NCBI GenBank assembly: GCA_964016885.1
Contig: OZ024740.1
Location: 287,308,001 to 287,372,000, forward strand
Reading direction: 5' to 3'
DNA from: Eledone cirrhosa
Lineage: Eukaryota
Length of the DNA: 64,000 nucleotides
Part shown: piece after piece, positions 13,523-27,635 of the stretch
Position numbering within the stretch: the first letter of the stretch is position 1
Layout: each line of letters starts with the position of its first letter
Position numbers and translations under genes: made by a program
Notes under the pieces: generated by a model
What the model was told of the DNA's origin: nothing
Seen by the model: the letters and a program-made list of their open reading frames with translations, nothing else
Database searches by the model: none

Positions 13523-13639
13523 GCAGAATGGGAAGCTCTTGAAATTTGCAACCATCAGTGGATTTTGGAAGGTGTTGAAGAGGAACTGACTGGTAACAGT
13601 ATTCCAGAAACTATCTATATAAAAAATAAGTTCTCATAA
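13523..13639 (+). CDS. EMC3: EMC3 terminal coding exon
   Basis: ttacag| phase 0; AEWEALEICNHQWILEGVEEELTGNSIPETIYIKNKFS then TAA at 13637-13639. Confidence 0.95.
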   Translation, partial: AEWEALEICNHQWILEGVEEELTGNSIPETIYIKNKFS

Positions 13640-14248
13640 TTGTACAAAATGTGAGAATTCAATTATTTTACACTGAAGTGAAGCAAAATATATATACATA
13701 TATAAGAAAAACTGGCTTGTGTTCTTGTGGTTTCTTATTCATAAGAAGCTGCACTTTTACAGACAACATGTAATGTAAACTGCAGATAATACCTGCTGGC
13801 AAATTATCAATCTTGAACCATCAAATAGGAGAGATGAAATATTTGTCCTCCACAGATTGAAATCTAATGCAACTGGTTATTTTAGGCAAAGTGGCCCCAT
13901 TGCCAAAAAAGAGGAGTGTGTATGTTTGTGTGTGGTGAGAGATTGAAGTCATCAACTCACACTGACATTTAGTATTTTCACTTCCAAAAAACAAAAAAAA
14001 ACAAAAAAAACAACTATTTAAAGGATGTAAGAGAAGCTCATTTGTATTGGTTTTTATTTAAATGCAAATTGTTTTGTTATATGCTTCTATATATATTATT
14101 GTGAATTATAAAACATGAAGCAAAATGTTTTTTAAATCTACTACTTTACATGTTAAGACTTTTGTCCTAATGTTTATTAAATATGTTGGATTTACACACA
14201 TACACACACACTATAATTCAATTATTTATTCATTTTCAGAGTTGTAAT

Positions 14249-14254
14249 AATAAA
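14249..14254 (+). promoter_or_regulatory. Candidate polyadenylation signal for EMC3
   Basis: AATAAA about 610 nt after the stop, at the end of an AT-rich, repeat-free UTR-like stretch. Confidence 0.5.
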
Positions 14255-14588
14255 CTTATTTGAAATCCTTATTCTGAAATATATTTTAAATTTTACTAAC
14301 AAAAAAACTGGGAGTCAAACTTGGTGAGGGAATATTAAGGTAAAAAAAAAAGCTGTAAAAGGGTTGATACATAGCAAGGTCAAATAGTGTAGTTGTTTTT
14401 AAACATGTAGCAGCTCCTTAAATAATGAAATATAGCCAGTATTTTCAAATGTCCTATTCTTCTATATAAACAGACATTGAAAATATAAATGGTTGATTTG
14501 ATACACCGAGGGAGGGGGATGAGTGAATAGTTGTGCTTAACTTTAGTGAAACATAGTTTAGTTCTGGACCACACGTGGAAAGGACAGT

Positions 14589-15230
14589 TACTTGAATATA
14601 AGCTGACACCTACTTTATGTCTGAGAAATAGGCAAAAATCCAAACCCTATTTGTAAGCCAAGGCAGCTAATCAGTACATTGTTTAGATGGCATGGTTTTG
14701 AAATTCTCATGAGTATAAAATATATTTATGAAGTTTTAATATTTTGATGTTTAAAATGTCATTTAGAGTATAGTTTTTGTTTCACAATTCCATTACATAA
14801 TGAGTTTCCATTATCATAAGCTTCAACCAATTTCTTGAATTTTTGTTTAATTCTGGACATTCACATAAAAAATCAAATAAGAGAATTTTGTATAGGGATT
14901 CATAGAGTGGGAGAAAAAATATTGTCAGAGAACATGTGTGTGCATATGTGTAAGGGATATTTATGTATTAAAAAGTTAAGATAATAAAAAATTTGTAGGA
15001 AATATTTTCAAGGGAACGCATAAATAACACCAACAACGATGTAGTAAATGTTGAAAAACAGTGCTTCACTGTAAAATAATCACTTCAGATATTTTAACAC
15101 TTATTTACATAAAATTTGAAGTTAGTGAAAATTGTCAAAATATTGACCCCGAATATAAGCCAGACCCTCCCCCCTTCCATCGATTATTTTTTGGTCACAT
15201 ATTCCTTGGCTTATATTTGAGTATATACGG
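14589..15230. mobile_element. Same TA-target MITE family, long form
   Basis: Decayed left TIR, right TIR ggcttatatttgagtatatacgg-TA; interior matches 53475-54721 in reverse. Confidence 0.75.
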
Positions 15231-17119
15231 TAAGAGTTTTCAGATAGAGAATGACAAATATTAAAATATGCATATATAAAGTAAAGTAACTAACATGACA
15301 TCTAGTTCATTGTGTACCAGAGTCTACAACTAACTGGACTATATGTTTTAACTGTATTACATTTGTTCTCTCTTCTATCTGATTTTAGAATTCACACTGA
15401 GGCCAACTTAGCTTTTCATTTCATTGACATTTGTGGACTCTGTAAGCCATAATGAAGGCAACCTATCAAGGAGAATAGATACTCTGAATAAAAACTGATA
15501 TAGGGTGGAGAGGACTCTCTAGTGCTGGTAGCATGTATAATGCACCTAGTCCACACTGCAAAGTGGTTGGTGATAGGAAGGGCCTTCAGCCAGTATAACT
15601 AAGAAAAGTACAACTGTACAATGACTATACTAGTTAACAAGATTTCAGATCTTATATATGACACCTGAACAAGACATAATGCTGCTTACTCCAGTTAAGC
15701 CTTTAACTCTTTTATGGAACCCCAAGGACACATGATATACTGCATTACTTGGGCATAAACCTAGTGGAGCCAGTTTATTGTACTGACAACAAAAATATTC
15801 CACACACTACAGTTGAATTAATGGTTAGATGAGATATGCATCTAACTGTAAAAACGATTGCTCCAACACACAAACCTGGACAAATGAATGTAACACATAT
15901 ATATATATCTATATATACAGACACACACTAGTGACTTTGTTAATATCTCAAGCAATAGGCAATGGCTGGGCACATGACCTATGAGACTGGTGAGATCAAT
16001 GTTCAACTTAAACATCTTTAAGTTGACATCTTCAGGAAAACATGTGAAGAAAATAGACAGCTGACATTCTGGAGAGGAAGGATTAGGTTAATTAGTTGGC
16101 AGAAAGAAATGTGACAAGAGAAGGAGAGACAGGTTTTTCTGGTGGTCTAAAGTAGTAGTAATATGTAAATAGCTAATTCAGAAAGAGTAGAGGTCACTGT
16201 AGAAGCAATAGCAGAATATCTTTGGGTGAGAAGTTGCAATGTGTTGGTGAGTCTTTACCAATCAGTTCATTGATTTTTTAAATGTAGTCTGGTTAATCCA
16301 ACTATAACTGTTTATCTACAAAACTGACTAAGCTATAGGTAATGCTTGTACATGCACACAGAAATTCCATAAAATAGTTTGGCTTTATTCTAAAAGCTTC
16401 TATTGTGCATAGTTTATATACACTATCCTTGATAAAATACTATCATGGTTGTCTGCTGTAGAATTTTAGATAGAAGGGACAGGCTATATATCAGTCTAAC
16501 AAAACAAAACAGAATGTTGAATAAGTAAGCAACTACAAAACATGTTCACATTGAGATGATTTTCTAAAGCAGATATTGGTTATACCAAATAAAATTAGCA
16601 GCTACAGTTTACACATTTAATTTTTTTTTCTTCATTTCAATTCTGATTTACAAAAGGTTTTTGTAAAGTAAAAATAGAAATAATCCATTGAAATTCCATA
16701 AAAACTGTCCCTGAGTGATTGAAAGTTGGCACTGAACACTGTGCAACAAGACATCTTATATTCTGTACAATTGAAACTTTTTTTAGAATCAGAATTCTAA
16801 ATAAATCTTACAAACACAATTTTGCAGTTTTTCACCCAAGGGATGAAAACCAAATGTCTTAGCAGAACAAAACTCTTCTTTTTATCATTTTACATATCAC
16901 TTCGTTTGCTGAGCATATATATGGAACATTTTCCAGTCATCTAGTGCCACTAGAAAAGATTAAAAAAATTTTAAGACATTATTTGGATCACTTCAAATGT
17001 TGCATTTTTCAACGAGACAAGTTAATATCAGTTTAACATTATTAGTAGTGCAAGTGTCAGCTATCTTGAGTAAATAGACTACTACAGCACATATAGACGA
17101 GTTAACAGTAATTGTTTAA

Positions 17120-17374
17120 CCTTTTTGTTAACATATTTCTAACAAAAGCCACTATGATTTTCAAATCATTTTGTAAATAATCAAGAATTTGAAAAAATTT
17201 AGTAAAATAGCTTTCTCATTATTAAGCAAGTATTCAGAGCATATTTTAAGGTTTTGCTTTGAACACACAAGGTTCTTACATAAAATCATGATGGAAGGTT
17301 TTTAGGTAAATATAAACACTTTGAAATAGACAGCTTTTGTATCATAGAACCAAGGGCAATTATTATCAAAAGGG
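17120..17374. mobile_element. TTAA-flanked MITE, family B
   Basis: TTAA-cctttttgtta...tatcaaaaggg-TTAA; related copies at 34490, 34744, about 35925 and 36290. Confidence 0.65.
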
Positions 17375-18569
17375 TTAATTTCATTTATAGTTTTCAGCTA
17401 TCGGGATAATTTTGTAAAAATTGTGTCCTAGCAAATAATTTTTGGATATTTTTGCTAATGCTACTTTTCAATTGCGAAACAATTTCTTAAATTTATAAAT
17501 AGAAGAAAGAAGTTAATATTCATCAACATTTTCATATGAGAAAAATATTAATTACTTGAATGGAATCTGTTGCCAATCAATTCAGAATTATTCCGTTATC
17601 AATAACAAGAGATATTTGTATAGGACGAGTTATGTACCTTGCTCACAAACAGTAGAGTGGTTGAGATTGTATTTACCCCAATAGACGTTCAATGTTACAT
17701 TCCCAATTATAGTGTTAGAAGAGCTCAAATCCAAATTAATTTGAAATTTATGGGAAGATGTTGGTCATATAGACTGTGTTGTTACCAGCAAGTTTGGCAG
17801 AGTAATCTGCATTCCATTCACAATGTGTTTCATTATCAAAAACACTAGAATAATAAGATTGGAATTCATAACCATCTTCATAGTTGAGTTAGTAGAGATT
17901 CTGAAGTATTCATTAATAATCATAAAATGAGTACTATGTTGTAGGATCAGACCTCAACCTTAGTGTAAAAGACAGAGAAATGGTTTTCCTATCAAACATC
18001 CTTTTACAGAGGAATGTGCCACTCCAGATGCGAAAGCACTAGTTGTTTAACACCCTATCAGCCTAACCAACCATAGCCATGACCAGAGGCTTTCCAGTCA
18101 TGAACATTCCACACTTTATTCAAACATTGTATATCTAGGACTATATTATCAAATGTATCCTTCCATTTTTTAAGAAGGTATTGTGTGGTTTGAGAATGTT
18201 TTGACTATTACATATGCAACTCTGTAAAGGTTCCTTTGTTGGTTTATGGTCAATCTAGTGATAACAGGAGATACAAATTACTGCTGTAAGTTAACCAAGA
18301 AATGGAAGGAGTTTTTCAAATAATGAAGCAGATTCAAGTTATTAAAATTTGAATGTTGGTAACAACAAACCCTCTGGAAAGGGGAGCATGCAGATTACAA
18401 AATTATCTCCCAAGAGATGTAAATTTAAATGGCTTATTTTGACTTAAATAGTGTGAATAATCAGAACTTTTGTCAATGCAACAATGTGTCAGCCAAGAGA
18501 CATGGTTCATTTCACACCAGATATTTATCTTTCATATTTGTTTTCGCATTCACACTTTAACAAATTTAA

Positions 18570-18787
18570 TCCTTTAGCATTTACATTACTCTATATTTAT
18601 TTTTGTATTTTCGCAGTAAAGGCTTTATCTTAAACAATATCTCACATAATATTGAATCTGAGATTTTTATATTATCTATTTTGAGAACAATACCTTAACC
18701 TAAGCATGAGTGGCTAGTAACAGCCAGTTTGAACAGAAAGAGGTGATGGAATTCTGGCTAGTTATGGCTGGTTTAAATGCTAAAGGG
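18570..18787. mobile_element. piggyBac-like MITE, family A
   Basis: TTAA-tcctttagcattta...taaatgctaaaggg-TTAA. Confidence 0.8.
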
Positions 18788-20589
18788 TTAAACATGTATC
18801 TGTCAATTCAGTTTTTTAGACAGTATATATAAGACTAAGGGCAGAGAACTGACAGAGTTGTAAGGGCATCGGATTAAACTCCTTGGTATTTCTTCCAGCT
18901 CAATGCACTCTCAGTTTAAGTCTTGCTGAGTTCAATATTGTCTTTCATCCTTTTGAGATTGATAAATAAAGTACTATCCAGTACTGTGGTTGGTTGGTTC
19001 GTTCTCTCTGGAAGAAATTGGCTGTATTCAGGCCTGGAGAAGGATGGGCTTTGCTAGGTTTTAAATGCTCAAGACATAGTATACGTTAGGACAACACTCT
19101 TTAGTCTCCATCAAGAATTAATGGCCCAAAAAGATATAAAAAACTACATTATCTAATCAATTCATTAAGCAGCAAATTGGTAGGGTTGTTAGTGGTGTTG
19201 GATTAAACATTTTGGTATTTGTTCCAGTTCCCTGCAATCTTGGTTCAAATCCTCTCAAGGCCACTTTTACCTTTCATCTTTTTGGAGTTGATAAATAAAA
19301 TATGTTCATGGGTGGTGGATTAGAGGAATTGTTAAAGAGTTGGATGGGCTGCTTTTGCAGTACATATTCTAGCTCCATGTATTCTGAGTACAACTTACGC
19401 CTCATGTCACTGAAAAAGCAGTTATGCTTCCACTAAAAATTATGACCAGCAGATAATATCAGCAATGGAAAAATCAATGAACACATAGTTTCCTTGGTCC
19501 AATCTGATAATCAGCTCCTTGCCTATCCAATGCATCCTTCCATTTTTAAGACAGTAGGGTGTGACTTAAGCAAAAATTGGCTGCTATTTTTAGCATCAAA
19601 TGAACACAGAAGTTCTTTTATTTGTTCATTGAGGGCATTAGTTTTTTTCTCTCTATGGTCTGAATTGAATTCCTGTTGATAATAATTTTATCTTTCATCT
19701 CTCCAGGGATAAAATAAATATCGGTCATGTACCCCAAGTAGTGCCTTTCATGAAAAAGGAAGATACTTGATGAAGTGAAATCAGATCTCAGGAGCCTGGG
19801 CCTCACAAAAGAGATGATGAAAACAGGTATTTGGTAATATGTTGCATAGCAAATCTTTCCAACCCATGTCAGAATAGTAAAAACTGTTGAAATAATGATG
19901 ATCATGATGGCAGAAATAGTAGAATGTAATACTAAATGTGTTGCGTTATTTAGTTATATACCTTTACATTCTGAATTCAAATTCCACTGAGGTTGACTTT
20001 TCCTTTCAGCCCTCCAAGGAAGGTTAATAAAATAAATACCAGTCATATATTGTGTTCTTGCATCTAAGTTAGAAATCATGGCGAGTGATGTAGAGGAAAT
20101 GGCAAAGTTCTTAACCAGCTGAAACTAACATTTTTCAATTCTTGCTTGATACTATTTAGTTTTACTTATACCATAGGTTTACCCTTGGAAGAGCCATACA
20201 TATCACACCAACCCATGTAACCATCTACCAAATATAGGGCACTGGTACATAGCTAAACAAATAACAGTGAGAGCTGACTAAATGTGTTGGCACTGTTTCA
20301 AGGCCAAATCCTGCTGGAGTTAGCATTTTTTTTAAATAGTATTTTTTGCCCATTCTGTTGATGAAAGAGAGATATAGGATCTTTTGAAACCAAGACTGAA
20401 TCAATAAGTAATAATGTATCAGTTGGTTATAAGAAACCAATGGTGGAAGAGAGAAGCAGTGGTTCTGACTTGGAACAAAACTTCTTAGCAAACAACAATA
20501 TTTAAGTAATCTTTTATTAAATTTTATAGTAAAGATTGCTTTATTGAAAGCTGAAACATACTTACAACTGGTGTAGTTGGAAGTTGCTG

Positions 20590-20778
20590 CTAAGATTTGA
20601 CAAGTATTCTCGGTGCAGAGATACCAAAGTTCTCCTTTAAGAACTGCAATACAGATGATGTGCTGGCTAAAGATGCAAAGACTGTTTGCTCAGCACGGCT
20701 CATTGCTTTCTGCAGCATAAATGTCAGGTGATGGTGGAAACATTGAAATGATGTTCCAGTTGACAGTGCTAGATATAT
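20590..20778 (-). CDS. DUS4L: tRNA-dihydrouridine(20a/20b) synthase-like, last coding exon
   Basis: gaccag| acceptor; IYLALSTGTSFQCFHHHLTFMLQKAMSRAEQTVFASLASTSSVLQFLKENFGISAPRILVKS* matches the DUS4L C-terminus; TAG at 20592-20590. Confidence 0.92.
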   Translation of the reverse strand: MYLALSTGTSFQCFHHHLTFMLQKAMSRAEQTVFASLASTSSVLQFLKENFGISAPRILVKS

Positions 20779-21161
20779 CTGGTCAGAAAAGAAGAAACAG
20801 AATCATTATTAAAGTGTAAGGTCTTTCAGACATAAGTAACATTGAGATGCAGTGGTTCAATGAATGTCAGGGGCATGTAGCATAGTTTGTAATAAAGAAT
20901 AGGTTGTCATCAAGAAGGGCATCCAGCCATAGTAAAACAGCCTCAAGAAATCTTGTTCAGCAAGCAAGGAGAAGTTGACGTAAAAACACTGACAGTGATA
21001 ATGACAATGACAAAGAAGATAGTCAAGCTTCAATGCAGTAGTGTGACAGGTGACAGTCTGGACATGAAGGAAACGGGAGGGGGGGGGGGGGGGTTTACAA
21101 TACATGTGAGAGATAAGATTGCTTTGGTAAGAATAGAAGGAAGGAGACAATGTTCACTTAC

Positions 21162-21247
21162 CCAGTCCTTAACACATTCTTCTGGGGTTGACTGGTAACC
21201 AGCAAACATAGATGGGTTGGCAAGTATACCACGAGCAGCCATTATAC
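21162..21247 (-). CDS. DUS4L: DUS4L coding exon
   Basis: ttctag| ... |gtaagt; (G)IMAARGILANPSMFAGYQSTPEECVKDW, the Dus GxMxARG motif. Confidence 0.95.
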
Positions 21248-22453
21248 CTAGAAAAACAAATGAAAAACATCATGTTCTTACATTTTTTTTATCAATGGTA
21301 CAAATGGTACACTCAAATAACCAATACTAAGCCTAAATTCTTTAGAGGAGTTATTATTAATATAGTAGAATTAATATTGTTAAATTAAATGCCTTATGGT
21401 ATTAGTTACATTCCTTTACATTCTGGCTTGAAATCCTGCCAGGGAATCACCTTTCATACTTTCTGGATCAATATAAGTACCATTTGCATTGACTATACTC
21501 CCACTACATCATAATTTCTGGTGTTATGCCAATGTTAGAAAATAATATTATTAAAGAAAGACTTTGTATGTAGCAAATGCATGGGAGTAATTATCAGTAA
21601 GACTACATGTGTCTAACACCCATGGGCAAGCCTACAAAGTCAGAAAACTGCACAGCCCCCATGACTTTTGGAAACATTTTTTCATGGAACAAACTACCTG
21701 CATCAGTTGTTAGCTGCTGGGACACTGCATTCTTTAAAATCTCCATGCTTCCTGAAATTTACCAACACTACACCTGATACCCCCCCCCCCCCCCCTACAC
21801 ACGCACACATGTATATCAGGACTCATACATTGTTCACTTTCCTGACATTTGTACATTATTCTATGTACTATACATGCACCTTTGATGAGTTGTAGTGCAC
21901 CTGAGCACTGTACACAATAATTTCATTATTATTATTATCATTATTTTAAAATAAATTCTTTCAAATGCTTAGAAAGGTCCCTCAAAGTATTTAATAGTTT
22001 CTGTTATTTGGGTTATGTAATCAGCTTTGACCACTTCTTTCCATGTTTTCCTCAGTCGCCCGTTGGTTCCTTCCACTTGGATTGCTTGGCACTTCTTTAC
22101 CAAAATGTCATTTTCTATGTACATTAAATGTTCATACCAACACAGTCATCTTTCTAGTAAACTACCCCTGATTTCTGTTATACCTAATTTTTCTCCAATC
22201 CTCTTTTTATCTACTTCTACTAATCTGCAGTACTTTTCCACAAATCATCTACAAACCAAAGGTAAACAAGGAAGGACACATATGATAGTGTAGTCCAAGG
22301 CATACAAAATAATGGGATGGTAAGGTAGGAATGCTTTTAACTATAGATCTGCCTGATAAGGATTGACCTGGGGATCAACAACAACAATCAGCTGGGTACT
22401 GCACCCATCAGCCAATTCCTTTCTTAAGACAGAGACTAATTAATTGTTCTTAC

Positions 22454-22662
22454 CATTTGCTTTAGTTTCTTTGTGTATTTTTTGGGCTCCTTCAAGAGAT
22501 TTCACATCACCATTAGCAATAACTGGAATATTTACACTGCTTTTAATCAATTGAATTGCTTCTTTGTTCACCGGTTCACCTCTCTGTTCAGGTGTACGTC
22601 CATGAACAGTTAACCATGATAATCCAGCATGTTCCATTTTACGACAGAATTCAACAGTTTCT
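22454..22662 (-). CDS. DUS4L: DUS4L coding exon
   Basis: ttaaag| ... |gtaaga; ETVEFCRKMEHAGLSWLTVHGRT...IPVIANGDV, the Dus TVHGR and IANGD motifs. Confidence 0.95.
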
Positions 22663-22724
22663 CTTTAAAATATATAAAAAATAAAACATAAAAAATTGTC
22701 TGTCTAATTTTACAAACACACTGT

Positions 22725-24130
22725 CCACAACAGTAGCTGCCCCCATAGAACTCTCCTTGATAGTTACTGGTCCCCACAGAACTGTTAATAACAGTAACTG
22801 TTTCTAACACAAATGACAACAGCTACAGCTGGCCTCCCACAAAACAGCCCACAACAATAAATGTCTCCCACAAAACAACCACTACAGTAGCTGATTTCCT
22901 ACAAAACAGCCACAACTATAGCTCATTTTCCACAAAAGAACCCACTACAGTAGCTGGTTTCCCACAAAACAGCCACAACAGCAGTTGATTTCCCACAAAA
23001 GAACCCACTACAGTAGCTGGTTTCCCACAAAACAGCCACAACAGTAGTTGATTTCCCACAAAAGAACCCACTACAGTAGCTGGTTTCCCACAAAACAGCC
23101 ACAACAGCAGTTGATTTCCCACAAAAGAACCCACTACAGTAGCTGGTTTCCCACAAAACAGCCACAACAGCAGTTGATTTCCCACAAAAGAACCCACTAC
23201 AGTAGCTGGTTTCCCACAAAACAGCCACAACAGCAGTTGATTTCCCACAAAAGAACCCACTACAGTAGCTGGTTTCCCACAAAACAGCCACAACAGCAGT
23301 TGATTTCCCATAAAACAGTACACTACAGTAGCTAGTCTCCCACAAAACAGCCACAACAGCAGTTGGTTTCCCATAAAACAGTACACTACAGTAGCTGGTT
23401 TCCCACAAAACAGCTACAACAGCAGTTGGTTTCCCATAAAACAGTACACTATAGTAGCTGGTTTCCCACAAAACAGCTACAACAGCAGTTGGTTTCCCAT
23501 AAAATAGTACACTATAGTAGCTGGTTTCCCACAAAACAGCTACAACAGCAGTTGGTTTCCCATAAAACAGTACACTATAGTAGCTGGTTTCCCACAAAAC
23601 AGCTACAACAGCAGTTGGTTTCCCATAAAACAGTACACTATAGTAGCTAGTCTCCCACAAAACAGCCACAACAGCAGTTGATTTCCCATAAAACAGTACA
23701 CTACAGTAGCTAGTCTCCCACAAAACAGCTACAACAGCAGTTGGTTTCCCATAAAACAGTACACTATAGTAGCTAGTCTCCCACAAAACAGCCACAACAG
23801 CAGTTGATTTCCCATAAAACAGTACACTACAGTAGCTAGTCTCCCACAAAACAGCTACAACAGCAGTTGGTTTCCCATAAAACAGTACACTATAGTAGCT
23901 AGTCTCCCACAAAACAGCTACAACAGTAGTTGGTTTCCCATAAAACAGTACACTATAGTAGCTAGTCTCCCACAAAACAACCACAACAGCAGTTGATTTC
24001 CCACAAAACAACCCACTACAGTAGCTAGCCTCCCACAAAACAGCCCACCGCAGGAGCTGATCTCCCACAAAACAGTCTACTTTAGTAACTCGTTTCCCAT
24101 TAAACAGCCCACAGTAGTAGCTGGTCTCCT
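22725..24130. repeat. Minisatellite, 63-bp unit (31+32-bp dimer), about 18 well-preserved copies plus decayed monomers
   Basis: cccacaaaacagccacaacagcagttgatttcccacaaaagaacccactacagtagctggttt; 21-aa periodicity in the ORF track. Confidence 0.95.
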
Positions 24131-24149
24131 ATTAAACAGATATATATGT

Positions 24150-24902
<753 letters not shown>

Positions 24903-25188
24903 ACACACTAGAGAGAGATAGTGCGCCATCAATAAAACAGGGAAATATATATATATTATATACATATATAAATATATATATATATATATAGTATTAAGGA
25001 TACTATTTATGGTTATGTATATACTAAAACCTTTTATATATATTTTAAACCCTAAACAGTGAAAGACAGTAATTTATTACTACCTTATTACAAGTAAGAT
25101 AAATAGCTCAATGTAATAACATCAATAACGGTTTGGAAGAAACAATTGTAAGCGAATAAATGATTTGAACAGAACTTTGATTCATGTA

Positions 25189-25270
<82 letters not shown>

Positions 25271-25285
25271 TTATGTATATATATT

Positions 25286-25356
<71 letters not shown>

Positions 25357-25959
25357 GTGTATAATATATATATATTTCCCTGTTTTATTGATGGCACACT
25401 ATCTCTCTCTAGTGTGTTACCTTTTCAACATATTGTATTTTATATATATATATGTGTGTGTGTGTGTATAATATATATATATATGTGTGTGTGTGTTTGT
25501 ATAATATATATATATTTATTATAAGAACAGATTAAAGTTTAAGCAAAGAATCGCTGCTTTCACCTTTAACGGTTAAGGGTGAAAGCAGTGATTCTTTGGT
25601 TAAATTTTAATCTGATGATTATATATATATATATATATAATAAATATTTGCTCTACGCGTTTATATATATATTATATATATAATCTTTATTGAGCCCTCT
25701 TCGAATTTTAGTTTTCACATTTATTATTACTATATATATATACATATATACATATATATATATATGTATATGCACACATGTATATACATACATGTATCAT
25801 CATCATCATCACCATTTAACATTCATTTTTCCATGCTAGCATGGGTTAGAACAGTTGCCCTGTTGTGAGACAAGCTAGATCAGATGACTGTGTCTTGCTC
25901 ATACAGAACTGATTTGGGCTTGGTTTCTATAAATGGATGCCCTTCCTAATGCCAACCAC

Positions 25960-26465
25960 ATTTACAGTGTGGGCTGGGTGCTTTTTATCACAACACCTAC
26001 ACGACTACTTAACAGTGTGGGCTGGGTGCTTTTTATCACAACACCTACACGACTACTTAACAGTGTGCGCTGGGTGCTTTTTATCACAACACCTACACGA
26101 CTACTTAACAGTGTGGGCTGGGTGCTTTTTATCACAACACCTACACGACTACTTAACAGTGTGGGCTGGGTGCTTTTTATCACAACACCTACACAACTAC
26201 TTAACAGTGTGGGCTGGGTGCTTTTTATCACAACACCTACACGACTACTTAACAGTGTGGGCTGGGTGCTTTTTATCACAACACCTACACGACTACTTAA
26301 CAGTGTGGGCTGGGTGCTTTTTTTGTCATGGCACCTACATAACTACTTAACAGTGTGGGCTGGGTGCTTTTTATCACAACACCTACACGACTACTTAACA
26401 GTGTGGGCTGGGTGCTTTTTTTGTCATGGCACCTACATAACCATTTTACTGTGTGGGCTGGGTCC
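25960..26465. repeat. Minisatellite, 48-bp unit, about 10 copies, derived from the LINE 3'UTR repeat
   Basis: acagtgtgggctgggtgctttttatcacaacacctacacgactactta; 16-aa periodicity. Confidence 0.93.
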
Positions 26466-26696
26466 TTTTTGGCATGGCACCAAAATGACCACTTTACAGT
26501 GTTGACTGGGGATTCTCTTCCCTTTGGTTGTTGTTGCTATCGTAGTTGGCATACGTGTCGTTGGAATTTTATTCATGGTATTTCCCTCTAATATTGTAAT
26601 TGAGTCCACTCTGATGCCAAGAATTTATTTCTTACATCAAGTGTATAGGGACTACCTGAAATGTTTTTGACTTGTGCAGCAAATACAATCCCAAAC

Positions 26697-26749
<53 letters not shown>

Positions 26750-26753
<4 letters not shown>

Positions 26754-27635
26754 GAACTAATCCTCACAACAGAAATGACTAAAGACTGCGAGGGTGGTGC
26801 CATGTGGGGCTGAAGAAGATCCGACCTACAGCATACAATGTGGCCTGACCGTGTCCTCCACTTTCACTAGCACTCACTAACAGCTATTCTCCACATCTCT
26901 ACACCCCCTCTCCTGTGCCCTTTTCCACTCACTCTTAGCTGCTTACCCATTAACTCTAGACTCCCACACTATCATACTCTAGAAGCCAATCTTCGCACTC
27001 TTATACACTGCGCCCAAGCCTCCTCCATAGCACTTCCTAGCAGCTATCCTCACCGTCACTACAGGCTCCCTCCTGTATTCATCCCTTTTCTGCTGTCCTC
27101 TTACCCCACTAAAGCCCTTAGATACCCTCACTATCTCACCCTAGTAGCTTCTCCCTGCACCCCACCCATGCCCCCTCCACTATCACCACTTAGCTATTTT
27201 CTCCATCACTACACCTGCCATTTCTAGTATTGAGTGTTCTCACCTCCATGGGAGAGAGAGAAAAAAAACACTGATGGGGAGGGGATTGAGAAGTCCTTTC
27301 AGTCATGTCGTGATACGGCACCTCTCTGGTTTTTGGTGATCTACATGATAAATGCATGCAGTATATGCTGTAAAGTGTTGGTGATTTGGTGATACAAAGG
27401 ACCTACAGCCATAGAAAGCTTGCCAAAGAAAGGGTTTGGAGGACCTTAAGTTGTGTCAAAGACAAGTCAACCTCTCCTGTGCACTTAGTAGAAGATGAGA
27501 CCATACATAAGCGAGATGCAGATCCCTGGCTTGTCTGGGAGAGTAGCCCCGCTTCAGTACTGACTTTGTCAATGTAGACCTGTCCAACCCTTGCTGGGAG
27601 GGAAAGTGGACATTAAATGGTATTGATAGTGATGA
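26750..27635 (+). mobile_element. RTE 3' end with C-rich 3'UTR
   Basis: Similar to 51340-52258, with the same terminal motif. Confidence 0.55.

Noticed and set aside
22923-24068. 381-aa ORF as a repeat protein gene
   Set aside because: Read-through of a 63-bp minisatellite; several frames and both strands are open; no splice or homology support
25960-26465. CRISPR-like regular repeats
   Set aside because: Units are contiguous with no unique spacers, there are no cas genes, and the context is a eukaryotic intron
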